DNA of 64,000 bases. Origin: Octopus sinensis (lineage: Eukaryota). Each line of letters begins with the position of its first letter. Position 1 is the stretch's first letter. The DNA is taken from the NCBI RefSeq assembly GCF_006345805.1, contig NC_043003.1:88164001-88228000 (forward strand), in the 5' to 3' direction. A program made the position numbers and the translations under genes. Below are positions 1 through 13,920 of this stretch, piece by piece. Below the pieces are notes generated by a model that worked only from the letters and a program-made list of their open reading frames with translations, ran no database searches and was not told the DNA's origin.

Positions 1-104
1 ATATACTAGGCTCGTGGTTGGAAATAAGGTAAAGGATGACTCATCTGAGAAAATAGCATTCCTCCACTGCTCTAGGGACTAATTCTGTAGATTTTTACTC
101 CACT

Positions 105-560
105 CTAAATGCTTTGCAATGTTTGTTTTTGAAAGTAGTGGTTTTCTGATTGCAGTCTGCCCATGAAATCCGGCTTTATGCAGCTCCCGGCAAACAGATT
201 TTGTAGAAACTGGGTTCTTGAGTTGGTCATTAAGCTCTGCAGTAATTTTGGGAGCTGTACTTTTGTGATCCTTTCTAACAATTCATGTAAGAGTCTGACA
301 GTCCCTATCTGAAAGCTTTGGTTTTCTTCCGGTGTTTTGTTTTGACAAGGTTTTTCCTTCTTTGTCAAAGGCTGTCATTACTTTTGAGACAGTACTTCTT
401 GATACACCAAACATTTTAGCTCTTTTCGTTACACTAGCGCCTGCAATATGAGCACCAACAATTTGACCTCTTTGAAAGTCCGATACATCTGTCATTTTAA
501 TGAATTTTAATTACCTTTTTCTGATGATATCCAAAAAGAAACAGTAATTTTAGCAAAACA
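105..560 (-). mobile_element. Tc1-like transposase remnant (N-terminal HTH)
   Basis: MTDVSDFQRGQIVGAHIAGASVTK...VSRSTVSKVM...GRKPKLSDRD; continues in a shifted frame. Confidence 0.8.
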
Positions 561-715
561 TATTAAGCAACATTAATAATAAATCCCAAAACATAAAAAT
601 AAACAACCTTTTGACGGTTTTAGAGATATTTAAAAAATTATGATGATTTGACGCTAGGTGTTTACATTAATTGATTCAACCCCTGTATCTATATATACAC
701 ACATATAAACATGTG

Positions 716-748
<33 letters not shown>

Positions 749-867
749 ATATGTATAATGTTTCTGTGCCAGTGTCACATAAAAAACAGCATCGAGCATG
801 GTCATTGCCAGTGCAGGCTGACTGGTCCCGTGCCGATGGCACATAAAAATCTCAAAGATGAAAATTA

Positions 868-1510
868 ACTTGATATGTGTACTTAGCACTCTACTGTATG
901 GAAGTGAGACTTGGACTACACACGCCAAGCGTGTCGCCTAATATCTTTCACCTGCGCTGCCTCCGGAAAATCCTCGGCATCAAGTGGCAGCATCATGTTC
1001 CCAACAAAGATGTCCACAAGCAAGCAGGAATACCAAAGCATGTTTGCACTCCTCACACAAAAACGTATGAGATGGCTTGGACATGTTAGCCCTATGGAAG
1101 ATGGCAGAATCCCCAAGGACATACTCTACGGAGAGCTTGCTAGGGGCACTAGGTCTGTGGGAAGACTGTTCTTATGATACAAGGATGTTAGCAAAAGGGA
1201 CATGAAGGCCTGCAACATCAATATTAGCAACTGGGAAGCAGTTGCCAGCAACTGTGGAGATTGGCAATGTACCGTAAAAGAGGGAACACAAAGGAGTGAC
1301 GAGAAATGGAAAAACAAGAAAGTATGACATTACAACCAGCCAGGCAAAGTCTTCGCTACATTTGCGGCACCTGCGAGAGGAAGTGTTTGTCCAGGATAGG
1401 ATTACACAGCCACAGCAGGAGATGTATTAGGACATGAAATGTAAAAGCTGGACTAGATTATTTTATGCGCAAATCCATTGTCCCACGAGACAAAAAGGAT
1501 GCCAACAACT
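868..1510 (+). mobile_element. RTE-clade LINE 3' fragment
   Basis: HLRCLRKILGIKWQHHVP and RMRWLGHVSxMEDGRIPKDILYGEL across frameshifts. Confidence 0.85.
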
Positions 1511-1729
1511 TTATTTATATATATTTATTAATATACATTTATTAATATAAAATATATATATAAGCATGAGTATATATACACACACAAATACAAATATATG
1601 TATACACACATATGACTATATATATATATATACACACACACACCTTACCAGATTGTGCTATTAACTAAGACATGGCTTGGGCCCATACTGGCTGAGACCT
1701 ATCAAAGTGATATACATACATATATATAT

Positions 1730-2460
1730 CAGGTCATCCCATAAGTTCTCTCCGAATTTTGAATAAAGAAATATCAAGTGATCAAATGTAAAATTTAATT
1801 GAAATTTAACCATCAATGTGCTTTCCTGATTATCTATGACTTCCTTCCATCTATTTACAAGCTTTTTATACCCATCAATGTAAAACTCTTTTGGTTTCAA
1901 ACCAAAGAACTCTGAAAAGTCAATTTCGACCTCCTCCTAGCTTGCAAGTTACATCCCCCAAATGATTCTGTAAACCATGAAACAAATGCTAGTCTCAAGG
2001 AGCAAGGTCAGGAGAATAAGGTGGATGAGGAATTTTTTCCCAACCAAGCTCTTCGATCTTCTGTGATGTGATCCTTGCAGTGTGGGGTCGCACACTGTCC
2101 TAATGAAACATCACTCCTTTTCGATTCACTAAAGTGGGTCTTCTTCAAAGCCTGGACCAAACGCTGCAATTGCTGACAGTGGGATTGAGCACTGATTGTT
2201 GCATTCGGTGGTAACAATTGAAAGTGAATTTCTCCTTTGCAATCCCACCAGATAGAGAGAAGAACCTTTTTTCCATGAAGTTCCTTTCTCGGTTGTGGTT
2301 GAGTTTTTTCCTTTTACCAAGCCAGTGTTTACAACGTTTAACATTTCGATAGAAGATAAATTTTTCATCACCAGTCACAAGTCTATCCAAAAAGAGTGAA
2401 ATGAGTTCGTACAAGTCCATACTTCATAGAATTCAAACTGTAATTACTGCCAAACGCAGT
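1730..2460 (-). mobile_element. mariner (DD34D-type) transposase remnant
   Basis: LVTGDEKFIFYRNVKR and EFYIDGYKKLVNRWKEVIDNQ; many stops and frameshifts. Confidence 0.85.
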
Positions 2461-3128
2461 CCTACCCCATATTAAAATACATTTGTTTGAAATTTGAAGG
2501 TTTTTCCATTATTTTGTCCAACCCCTGTATCAGATCTACAGTTATATTCTGAGGCTCTAGCTCTATGAAGTTATCTCCATCACTTGTAAAATATATAATG
2601 ACTAAAATGACCTTACAGTTGATTAGCCCTGATCCAGCACACATGATCAAAGGTGTATTCTTTGGTTTAAGATATAGTGTATCTAAGCCTACATTACTCA
2701 ATTTGGTAAAATGAGTTCTTTGGTCCATCAGATCACCTTATACCCTTCAAATATATGTGAAAATAATCATGCTATCATGTGGAAAGATAAGCCATTACAG
2801 TTTATAGGGACACCACTTTGGGAACCTATGTGAATACAGTGAAATTATTATGTACTGAAGCGTGTCCCTAGAGCTATTGGGACATAGGGAGTACTAAAAA
2901 AGACTTGATTTAATGTTGTGTAGCTTGGACAAAACAGAGTCATGGAGACCATCCATGTCTAAACTATATCTGCAAAAGGAACCAAATTCAGCTTTACAAG
3001 CTAATGATCCATTTACCAGCATCCCAGTGCTGCCATAGCTTAAAATAGTGAACTAACTCCTACCCTCCATTACTTATTTACAGCTAGGTGGATTGCACAA
3101 CATTTTAGCCTGTGATGTTTATACTTAC

Positions 3129-3246
3129 CACTCTTTAGCATTTCTTCATTCTGTACCTCATCATCAGCAAAGTCAGAAGATAATGGCCGAGACATCAATC
3201 GGATACTGGGTCCAATAATTATAGATTTAAGATCCCCAACTTTTAC
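3129..3246 (-). CDS. EIF2B5: eIF2B epsilon exon (VKVGDLKSIIIGPSIRLMSRPLSSDFADDEVQNEEMLKS)
   Basis: ctttctttttcAG acceptor, GTAAGT donor, 118 nt, phase 0 in and phase 1 out; VxVG start and acidic DFADDE segment. Confidence 0.85.
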
Positions 3247-3884
3247 CTGAAAAAGAAAGATACAATAGTTGTCAAAATAGAAAAAAACATGGATACTTAC
3301 CCAGGAAGCAATCTTAAACTTACCACAACCATATAAAGAAAAATATTTTGCTTTACTCTATATATACAACTTAGAAAATTAAAACAAGCTAAGAAAGGGT
3401 AGCAAGTCAAGTGATTTTTCATAGGAAATGTTCAACTGGAGCGATAACTGAAAGCATTCCAACAGACTTGTTATGGGAGAATCCTGAAAATCCCCCATAT
3501 ATGACTGAAGGTGCACTAACTGATTACAATAAATAACTGAGTGAACTGTCAGGAGCACAGTTGATGGTGTTAGTTTGACTGTGAATACTGAGTATCATAC
3601 CTACATTCAAGTAGTACGGAGTGTTCTGTGTTAACATATATTTCTGCAATATGCTATTTTTAGATAACCACAACCATTTTACACCAGATGTGTATACTCA
3701 TGTCATAACATTTTTGGTGATGAGATTATTCGAAGCTCATGCTGGACCAATTTTTGCTTGAACATGCTAATTCAATTATAGCAACAACAACAGTTGTTAG
3801 AATTACAGAAATAGTAGCAACAACAACAGTTGTTGGAATTTCAGAAGCAACAGTAACTGTTGGTACAACTGATACAGAAGAAAA

Positions 3885-4735
3885 CGGAAAATACCTCTGG
3901 TTCATTTAGCCCTGACACTGTGGCAAACCTGATCGAAGAGTTCGCATATAACCCAGAGGAGGGTACTATCTTCTCTGCTTACTTTAGAAGGTATGAGGAA
4001 ATTTTTAGAAGAATGTTGTGACTGGCAAGATGAGAAAAAAACTTGAGCATGACAAATATTGCAATTACATATTACCAAAGAAACTGGGTGAAGTCTGTTT
4101 TGAAGAAATGGTGAATATGCTATGAAAGATTGTCATTGAAAAAAGCTCTTTATTTAATATGCAATGGTAATGCATGAATATTATAAAAAAGAAGATGGAG
4201 ATTTTATTACATATGTTGGAATCATTAACAGAGAATGCAAGAGATTTAAAATTAATGAACCAAAACCAGACATGTTTATGTGCTAAATTTTCATGCAAAG
4301 AAAGATGCAGAAATTCATAACCAAATTCTGACTAAATTAGAGCAGAATCAGAAGCTAGCACTACAAGAAATATCTGAGGAACTCCAGAGAATAATCAACC
4401 TAAGGCACTATACGGAACAAACTGAATTGAGAAACTGCTCTCATATACAGTTAGTGCGACTGAAAGTAAGAAATGAAAAGCAAAAAATTAACCCGTGTTT
4501 TGGATGTAGAGAATTACACTACAGATTCAACTGTCCTTATAAAAATCGAAAATGCTTCAAGTGTGGTAAGATAGGCCATAAAGAATCACACTGTAAAACC
4601 CTAGAAAATGGTTCAACAGAAAAAATCATGTAAACAGTTTATCGGTGACAAGAAATACAAACGTGACTCAAAGGAAATTTGTGTATGTAAAAATTAATAA
4701 TACAAATATAAATTTACAGTTAGATAAGGTAGTGA
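3885..4735 (+). mobile_element. Ty3/gypsy gag remnant with zinc knuckles
   Basis: CFGCRELHYRFNC and CFKCGKIGHKESHC; upstream FAYNPEEGTIFSAYFRRYEEIF. Confidence 0.75.
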
Positions 4736-6149
4736 CATTACTTTAATTATTTAATTATTTATTTGTGTAATACAATTTTACACCAGACATATATACTCAC
4801 ATTATAACATGACTGAAATTATATTTGCTAATCCACTAGTCTTTCTGTTTTGAAGAATTTATGTTTCAATAAAACAGAAAAATCCCATGGTCTCCAAAAT
4901 GGAATGTTTATATTTTTATCAGGATTTTAATGAATTCATGCTTTTACATGCATAATGAATGTATAGTTTTGTATATTCACTGTGTACCATCCATACTCCT
5001 AGTTTCTCTAGTTGCCCAACCCACTTCTATTCACCTTGCACCTTGAGGGGCATCTAGACACCTTATCACCACAATTTATCTCTTTGCAGCTCCTACTGAT
5101 CATTCTCACCCTCGCTTTGAAATGTGAGTAACCATGTAGCTCCTGCACAAGAACCTATTCTGCTCCCCACACCACTTCTGATTTCTCTTATAACTTAACC
5201 CCTAGTCCCCTAGCATAAAGCTGCCCCACATCCCTTAGGGGATCATAGTCTTGAGAGCTGCATAACGACCTCAATAATGCTGGTGACATGAAAAAAGCAT
5301 GCAGTACACACTGTAAAGTGGTTAGTGTTAAAAAGGGTATCCAGCTGTAGAAACCATGCCAAACCCAACACTGGAGCACACTGCAGTTCTTGAAGCCATC
5401 CAACCTGTGGAACATAGTCATTAATCCTTTAGCGTTCAGATTAATCTATCAAATTTAATGCTTTGTTCATGTTATTTTGAATTATTCAGGTTCAAGAGTG
5501 GTGTCCACAATATTTGATTATAACTTCGTTAATTTTTTACATACAGATTTGAAATTTTGTTGGTGGGTGCTTTATATACCACTGGTTTATAGTTACGTAA
5601 TTTTAGCTGATCTTGCTGATTAAATTTAACTTTTATGGGTATGTAAATTTAATTAACAGATGTAAAAGCAATAACATTATGGATAAATACTAAAATTGAA
5701 ATTCTTAATGCATCTTACCTGTTTGAGTTATTACTAAAATTATCCCAGATGTCAACCACCAACAATTCTGCCACTTTTCAAGATGAGGTACATTCATTTG
5801 AATTAATTAAAATACAGGTATAATCGGTACAAGGTTTTATTCTTTCTCTATATTTCACTCAAACATTTTCATTGAAAATAAAGTACAAAACTCTTTTACT
5901 AGTGAATATACAATTGGCCATGTACTCTTATACAATTTAATGAATTCATTTACATAACAATGTATCTAACAAAAAAGGCTCTTAACAGGTGAGGTAAAGG
6001 TGAATACAGGTATGTAACATACTGAAAATTAATATGTATTTTTCACTTTCACATATTATTTCTAATAAGATGAAAGGAATATATGATAATATTACTATCA
6101 AACAACAAAATATAGTTATGCCATATTTCTATTGTGAAACTGTCTAAAA

Positions 6150-6980
6150 CATATTTGTTTCCTCTGTGACAGTTTAAAAAAAAAGGGCACTTTGCAAAAC
6201 GAATGCATGAGGTTTTCAACTGATATCCTTTCGATTATTTTCGTTTTTGTAGCGAACACAGCCTACACACATTTTTCCTTCCATACATTGTTTCCACTTA
6301 ATGGAAGTCAATATTTTCTCTGTTGACATCCACCTCAGTTAATTTCTGTGCCTTCTGAAAGAAAAGTCCTCATGTAATTGAAATGCAATGTCAAGCCAGA
6401 ATTTCAAATGGTCGTAGTCCTTTGGTGGCAGAGGTACCTTGTAGCTTTCTACACAAACAATATATAAATTAACTATAGTTAGACATAATGCTGGAGATAC
6501 ATCGATCACCATACCTTATATCAGGATTCCAGTAGTTCCACAGTTGAGGAAGCTGCTTGCATTTCTGCAGTATCAGTTGGCTGCCACAGTGGATCAGGTC
6601 TTCCATGAATAGAAATTATGCGTTGAGCATATTTGTTTCCTCTGTGACAGTTTAAAAAAAAAACTTTTTGGTAAAAATAAAAATAAATAGTCCAATGGTT
6701 GAGCATTGGGAGGTAGACTGTATTGTGGACAAGTCTTTTCTGTGAAATTTAGAATTGTGGTTGATGTGGTAATCTTCAACCATGTTGCCACAGTGTTTTC
6801 AATATCATTTTCATCACTTTCATTTTTATCACTTTCATTACCAAAATCTTCCTCATCTAACAAAGATTCACAAATGTCAATATGGTTCGTCCAAAGAGAA
6901 ATCACTGTTGTTTTCATTTATATTTTGTACATCATCAAGAGTAAAACTATCGAAGTCAGAATTGCTACTTGCTGACGCCG
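6150..6980 (-). mobile_element. internally deleted piggyBac transposase remnant
   Basis: Acidic N-terminus with QPLDYLFLFLP (6594-6917); C-terminal HLKFWLDIAFQL and Cys-rich VCRLCS (about 6190-6460). Confidence 0.7.
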
Positions 6981-7957
6981 GATCATTTAAAAACTAAGAT
7001 ATACACTAACCAAGAAGTCTCAAAAATTTCACCCTATTTTTATTTGAATAATTGCTTAATGTAGCTGGAACTTGCAGACAAGAGAGACCCAGGAAGATAT
7101 ACGATGAAGTGATGAAGGCTGGCAGAGGGTTCTGAGCCTGATAGAAGAGATGACAAAGGACAAGAATCTCTGGCAATATGAGATTCTTGAAAAGACTTGC
7201 TGTCTTCAGTGAAACTGAATTTTGGAATTGTTATGTTTCGTGTTCTCCACCCATCTCATGCATTATGCTTTCCTCTCCCCCCAACTGGCTTCAGAAGATT
7301 ACCCAACCATGTCATATCTCTTTTGCATTCCTCCACTGCAACTGCATCATCATTATTATTCCTGCCTCTTGCTCCTCCACCCACTCTCTCTTCCGCATCC
7401 CTCTATCTTCCTCAACTCATGGTTCTACGTTCATCCATCCTTGCACCCTACCCAAATGGTAGTCTGCCTCCCACCCCTTCATTCTTCTTTCCATACAATC
7501 TTGCAAACCACCCACCCACTTCTACTCTGCTTGCGCCTTGTGGTGCTGCCTGGGCACCTCATTATCATTATCTGTCTCTTGCAGCTCATACTGATCATTT
7601 ACCCTCTCTCTCCCCCATATCTTCTATTAGATAACCATGTAAATTCTTCTAAAAGAACCTGATCTGCCCATGTGCCTTTTCATAGACATCTAATCCCCTA
7701 GTATGAACCTGACCTCTCCAAATTCCCCTAGAATTCATAGTCCTATGAACTGCATGGCAACCTCAATAGTGCAGGTGACATGAGAAAAAACAGCCAGTTC
7801 ATGCTGTTGTGGTTGGCACTGGGAAGGGCATTCAGCTGTAAAAACCATACCAAAGCAAACATTAGAGTATAAGGCAGTTCTTGGACATACCAGATCCACT
7901 CAAATTGTCCAACTCATGCCAACATGGAATATGGATGTTAAATGATGGTGATATATA

Positions 7958-9213
7958 CTGGGCTTTGCAAAAGACCTGTTACTCATTACAATGCTCTCAA
8001 CAAAGGACACAATAGTTTTGATGCAATTAGATATCTAAACACATTTTTATATGTTAAAACAATAAAAATGCGTTTAAATATTAATATTAATCTATGTGGT
8101 CACCCTTGGCAGTAAGCATGCGCTCCAGGTGAGACCTGAAGGCCACGCACACGTTATAGACCAAGTCCTTTCTCATGCTGGACCACACGTAGTTGATGGA
8201 GAAGTCCAGCTCATTGATGTTGCTGTGGTGGGCCTTGCCCTCGACATGCACCCACATACTGTATTCAAGGGAGTTGAAGTTGGGCAACTGCAGTCCTTCA
8301 TGTTCAACGTCAACCACTCGTCTGCAGCCTTGGGCACTATCCTGCTAAAAGACATAGTCTGCCTTCTTCATGATCTTTCTCAACCAGGGCAGGACTTTCG
8401 TGGCCAAAATGTCCCTGTAGTCAGCCGTTCTTGGACACATCAGACCCAGTCAAACTGTCCAACTCATGTAACAAGCTGTAAACCACACCAGCAGCATCTT
8501 CTTGTCATTCAAAGCCATGATGTTGAGCATCATCACAGATGCTGGGCACTTAGTTGTGGACATGTAGTGGACCTTGGAGACATCCTGGCTGAAGCTGATC
8601 ACATGGTCATTCTGCTTCTTGATGACCAGATTGACTGTGAAGGCCTTTCCATCAGAAAAAAACAAGAATTTGATTGCCACAACACTTCAAGTCATTGAGA
8701 AGGTAATGACAGCACTCCTGATGTTCACATATATGGTTGGTGAGCAGAGGCCTTTCCATGCACTTCAAGCTCTTGCCACACCCCTCCTTGATGGCCCTGG
8801 ACACTATGGCCACTGAGATGTTGTTCTCTGTGAGTACAGTCATTTTTGAGCTTCAGATCACTTTCAAAAGCCTTTCTTACAGCCAAACGGTTGACAACTT
8901 GAGGTCTGTCTGATTGAGGTCGATCTTTGAGGTCATTTTTGTTTTTGAACCTCTATTGGACTCTGTGGACAGTCATCTGGCTGACGTTGAGCCGCTTGGC
9001 AATGTTGGACTTGTTGCGGCATGCACACAAGAGAGCAGAGATCTTGATTCTTTTTGCTTCCAGCTTGATATACCTGCACACACATAATGGAAAACACGTT
9101 TTAATGACGTGCTGGAAAAGTAGAACTTTAAGTATGTTTGACAGTACTTTGTCTATCACACGTTAACCTCTGAAAAGATCAAAACCAAGTGTAACAGGAC
9201 TTTTGCAAAGCCT

Positions 9214-9215
<2 letters not shown>
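7958..9215 (-). mobile_element. Full-length decayed Tc1/mariner element, DD37D (maT)-like
   Basis: 25-bp TIRs CTGGGCTTTGCAAAAGACCTGTTAC (7958) and GTAACAGGACTTTTGCAAAGCCTGG (ends 9215), TA on the left; motifs FSDGKAFTV, KCPASVMML, NSLEYSMWVHVEGKA. Confidence 0.85.
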
Positions 9216-9255
<40 letters not shown>

Positions 9256-9363
9256 CATATACACACACACGATATGCATATACATATGTGAAAGAGTGTA
9301 TGTGTTTCTAACTAAATATTACACACGCACATAAAAGAGACTGTTAAATATTCTTCTACTTAC

Positions 9364-9509
9364 ATTCCATGAAAGAATGCTTCCTTCCTTGACAATGACA
9401 TTGTTTAGTAAAACAACACTGCTACATAAAATGGAGCTGTTGATCGAGCAGTTATCACCAACAATGATATTATCCCATAGATATGCTCCGTTAATCTGCA
9501 CATTTTTAC
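9364..9509 (-). CDS. EIF2B5: eIF2B epsilon exon, beta-helix (KNVQINGAYLWDNIIVGDNCSINSSILCSSVVLLNNVIVKEGSILSWN)
   Basis: ttattacAG acceptor, GTAAGT donor, 146 nt; YLW motif and hexapeptide repeats. Confidence 0.93.
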
Positions 9510-9696
9510 CTGTAATAAATAAATAAAATACCTATTGTTAAATATTAACAATTGCCATCATTATCATTTTTACCTTCATCCTGTTATGGCTGATAAAAGA
9601 AACACGTGAATCAATGAGAGAGCTTTTATGTGGTTGGTTAGCAAAAATCCCTCAAATTACATCCCACCATCATAATTTAACATTCACCTTGCATGA

Positions 9697-10080
9697 CAGC
9701 ATGGCAGTGTGGTTCAGAAGCTTGCTTTCCAACCACATGGCCTTGGATTCAGTCCCACTGTATGGTACCTTGCAAGTATCTTTTACTATGGCCAACCAAA
9801 ATCTTGTGAGGGATGTGGTAAACAGAAAATGGAAGAAACTTGTCATGTATGTGTATATATGTGTGTGTGTGTGTGTATGTACGTCCTTTAGTCCTGATAT
9901 CAACTGATGCTCATCTTTTCCAGTCTTGTGTGAAAAACATGTTCAGCAAAGGGGAATATTACTTTGCTTGGAAACAAGTGAGGGTTGGCAACAGCAAAGG
10001 CAGCTGACTGTAGAAAAGCTGCTTCAACAAATTCATCTAACCTGTGTAAACTTGGAATGGTGATGTTAAAATGATGATGA
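9697..10080 (+). mobile_element. tRNA-derived SINE (family A)
   Basis: tggcagtgtggttcagaagcttgc...ggattcagtcccactg head; same family at 18691, 50215 and 53818. Confidence 0.75.
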
Positions 10081-11809
10081 TCCTACAACTTGAAAAAGTT
10101 GTAGAAAAAAACTGGTTATCCGTTAAGAATATGCTATGATTAGATGGTAAAAATGTAAGATGGTCATAGCAGGAATCCCTTTGCTGAAAGGACTACTTGA
10201 TCAGAGCTAATTCAGGTAAACTTAATTTGTTGCTTGGTTTAACACCGCCTCCTGCCCCTTGCCTTTAGCAAACCCCACTCTTACAAGCACTTAGTATCCT
10301 CCTTTTTTACCTACCAATTTCAGAGCCTCTGAAAAAAGGGAGCATTGCTTTACTCCCCTGCCTAAACCATAAAAGAAGTTCAATGCCTTACAGCATAAAT
10401 AAATAAGTTCAAATCTCACTGAGCTTGATGTTATCTTTCATCCTTCTTAAGATGAATGTTGTCATTAATTTGACTGAACACTGTCAAAAAATGGGGGCCA
10501 GTGTAGGTTTTCTAAGTATCTAGCTCCCATCTCTCAAAATATTAGGGAAATTTTTGTTCATCTCCCTTTATTAATGAGAATACAAAATAGGAGTTTGTTT
10601 TCAATAATTCTTGGATAAGTTTCTTTTAAACCATTTTCATTGTATTAAACATGGCAGTTTGCCCACATCCTTTTCAATCCTGGGTTCAATCCTACTGTGT
10701 GGTACCTTTTCAATTCTGCTCACTCCATGAGAAACACTGGATTAATGGCAATGTTAGAAATTATAGTTTGTTTTAAAATTGTTGTTTTCTTTATAATGGA
10801 TTTTTTTTTCTGAGTTTTTACACTGGAACACAAGATACATTTCAGTGTGCTTGGAAGTCTGAACATTACTGTGTGTGAGTGCTTTAAACTAAGAACTTTA
10901 TTGCTATTGACATGTAAAGAACAGTAACCATCACACCAAAATTAACTCTGCATTCCTTCTTTTCACAGACCATGATTAATTCAATCAAATTTGTTATGAA
11001 TTTCTCATAGTATTAATATTACTTAAATCACAATAGAGCATTACTGAAATTATTCTATAAAGTCCAAGTAGTAATGTGCTTAATTCAGTAAATTCTTGCA
11101 GCTCAGAGTATGATTGCCCACACCTATATATTATGATGGTTTACCCCAGTACTGTTCATTTTTCTGCAAGCAAGCTTTGGAAATTTTACAATCAGTTATC
11201 TCTTTTTTCTCATAAATATGTAACTTCCACCAATTGTTGTATAATTTCTTCTCTCCCTCCCTTAGAAATAGCAGCAGCCATGCATTCTGTTGCCTATCTT
11301 AACTTCCATGCAATGTTATACATACACACAAATACATACATTGACCATTTTTCGTATGTAATCACTAAATTTGTTATGAAATTTCTCATTTAAAAATCCC
11401 AATAGAGCATTACTGAAATTACTCTATAAAGTCAGAGCAGGAGTGAGTTTAATTCAGCAGATTCTTGCAGTTCACAATATGACTGCCTATACCTTTCCAA
11501 TCCTCTTTCCCTACCATGCCTACTATCACAATTTTTTATCAGAATATATATGAATTCACTCCCTTTGCAACTCATTACCAACCACTTCTTTATGGATAAA
11601 TACAATATTTAGGGATTCTCTTTGGTCACCAATATTCATACATGCATCGGTATGTAAATTGTATATATATACATACATACACATATATGCAGGTAGTATA
11701 TAAGTACACATGTATAGATACTTATAGATATTAATCCTTGCTATGTACCCTCCCCTCTCTTCTAGTTAGCCAGAACCCTTACTCCCTTCCCTACAATCTC
11801 TACTACCAC

Positions 11810-12700
11810 TTGATTTAGACTGTCCATGTTGGCATGGGTTGGACAGTTTGACCAGGACTGGCAAGCTGAGGGGCTACACCAGACTCCAGTCTGATTTGCC
11901 ATGGTTTCTACAGCTAGATGCCCTTCCTAACGCCAACCACTTCGATAATGTAATGGGTGCTTTTACGTGCCACCAGTACGTGTGACAGTTGCGTCACACC
12001 AGTATATACCACGACTATGATTCCACTTGGCTTGAAGGGTTGTCTTCTCAAGCATGGCATAATGCCAAAGGTCCTGGTCATTTGTCATTGCCTCCGTGAG
12101 GCTCAACACTCAACGGGTGCTTTTTACATGCTGCTAGCATCAGCCACATTGTCTCCATGAGGCCCAATGCTTGAAAGGTGCTTTTTATGTGCCACTGGCA
12201 CAGATGCCAGTTGCATGACACCAGCATCAGCCATGACTACGATTTGACTTGACTTGATGGGTCTTCTCAAGCACAGCATATTGCCAAAGGTCTCAGTCAC
12301 TGGTCATTGCGTCCGTGAGACCCAACGTTTGAAGACATGCTTCACAGCCTCATCCTATGTCTTCCTAGGTCTATCTTTACCATAGGTTCTCTCCACAGTT
12401 AGAGATACACACCTTTCCCCATCCATATGCATCACATGACCATAGCAGTGCAGTCGTCTCTCTTGCACACTACATCTGATGCCTCTTATGCCCAACTTTT
12501 CTCTCAAGATGCTTACACTCTGTCACACATGCAGACATTGCACATCCAGCAAAGTATCTACTCTTCATTTAAAGTACTCAACTTTAGGGCTCCTACAATC
12601 AATGTTAGCACAATGAAAGATGAAATTACTGAAATGTTGGAGTAGAGATATGTAGCACACACGTGCCACACGCAAAAAGTAAGATGAAAGGGAATCTTAG
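11810..12700 (-). mobile_element. RTE LINE 3' end and UTR
   Basis: ctagatgcccttcctaacgccaaccac tail core plus reverse-strand RT C-terminus shared with the other RTE copies. Confidence 0.7.
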
Positions 12701-13029
12701 CAAGATTCCTCACAAGCAAAGAATTTTTTGGGTAGGCAACAGTGATGGTATGAGCAGTACCATTCAATGTGACTGTGTCAACAGCATTAAAAACATAAAC
12801 GCTAGCTGGAAATTAATAAGTAGCAGGAGTTAAAACATCAGCATAGTTTGTCCAACATGCATGCACCTGCTTATTATTACAAAACAGTGACTTAACTTTC
12901 ACCTTAAACCAAATCAATGAGTAAATCTTCGCTCAGTTGCAAACTAGAGATCACTCAATATTTTCTCAAAATTTCACTATCTCCTCACAGAAAAGTTAAA
13001 ACATTCAACTAATCTTTTCTTAACATAAC

Positions 13030-13920
13030 TTTGTTTTACCACATGTATCATTAACTTTTTAATTCTGTCTAAAAACATACCAACCTCATTGAAACAAGAC
13101 TCTTTTTGTCAGTTTTCCTAGACATTTGGTGTTGATAGCCTTTCATAACTACTTCACCAAGTTGGGATAGTACTCTCCACTGATGGTGTGGCCTTCTGAA
13201 GATAGTCAATAAACACAATGCTTTTTGCATCCCAAAAAACACTGAGGCCACTGCCTTTCATGCTGATAAAACAATCTTGGCTTTTTGTGGAGCAGGTGAG
13301 GAGGATTGTCCCTTTGTCTCTGGCTGAAAGGGATGAAGCCAACACTAATCCTGGGTTAGGAAACCAGCTGGTTCTGCCTCAAGTAATGTCAGATTTTTCT
13401 GTGATGTGATCAGCCTGGTGTGCATTTGATCAGGAGTTAGAAGACATGGCGACCATTAAGCAGAGCATTTGTCATGCCAAGTTTGTTGTGCAGAATATTC
13501 TGAACACCATCACAGGATATGCTAATAGCATTGGCTATTTGATTTATAGTCAATTGCCTGTCATCCATCGCCATGTGGTGAACACGATCCATGTTTTCCT
13601 TAGTGGTGGCAGTTGCAGGACATCCAAAACTTGGGTCATCTACAAGACTCTCTCTTCACCTCCTAAATTCAGCTACCCACTTTTGCACTTTTGATAAAGC
13701 TGGAGTGTCATCCTCTAATGTAACAACCATGTCAGCACATATGCCCTTGGGGTCTAAACCCTTTTTCTGCAGATATTTAATAAGACCATGGTGCTGAATT
13801 TTGTCTATTTTCAAGAAAAAGTTGCTACTAGTTAATACTGAAGTGTTCTCTGAGCAGTCAGAAGTCAGTTTACCTGAGAAGAATATTTGAAATTAATGCG
13901 TGCAAGATTTCACAGCTCTA
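13030..13920 (-). mobile_element. mariner transposase remnant
   Basis: HGLIKYLQKKGLDPKGICADMV N-terminus and VFWDAKSIVFIDYLQK. Confidence 0.8.

Noticed and set aside
2767-2825. Possible terminal exon after 3129 (GSQSGVPINCNGLSFHMIA*) that would remove the W2 domain
   Set aside because: No homology or transcript support; the true next exon more plausibly lies beyond position 1, given intron sizes
5749-5787. Plus-strand 39-nt exon-like segment (cccAG ATGTCA...GATGAG GTACAT)
   Set aside because: Isolated, with no other plus-strand exons or homology; chance splice signals are likely
7178-7662. Three overlapping ORFs of 94-146 aa
   Set aside because: Pyrimidine-rich, low-complexity sequence with no recognisable domain or splice support
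8096-8698. 200-aa plus-strand ORF
   Set aside because: Antisense shadow of the DD37D transposase; similar shadows overlie the LINE RTs
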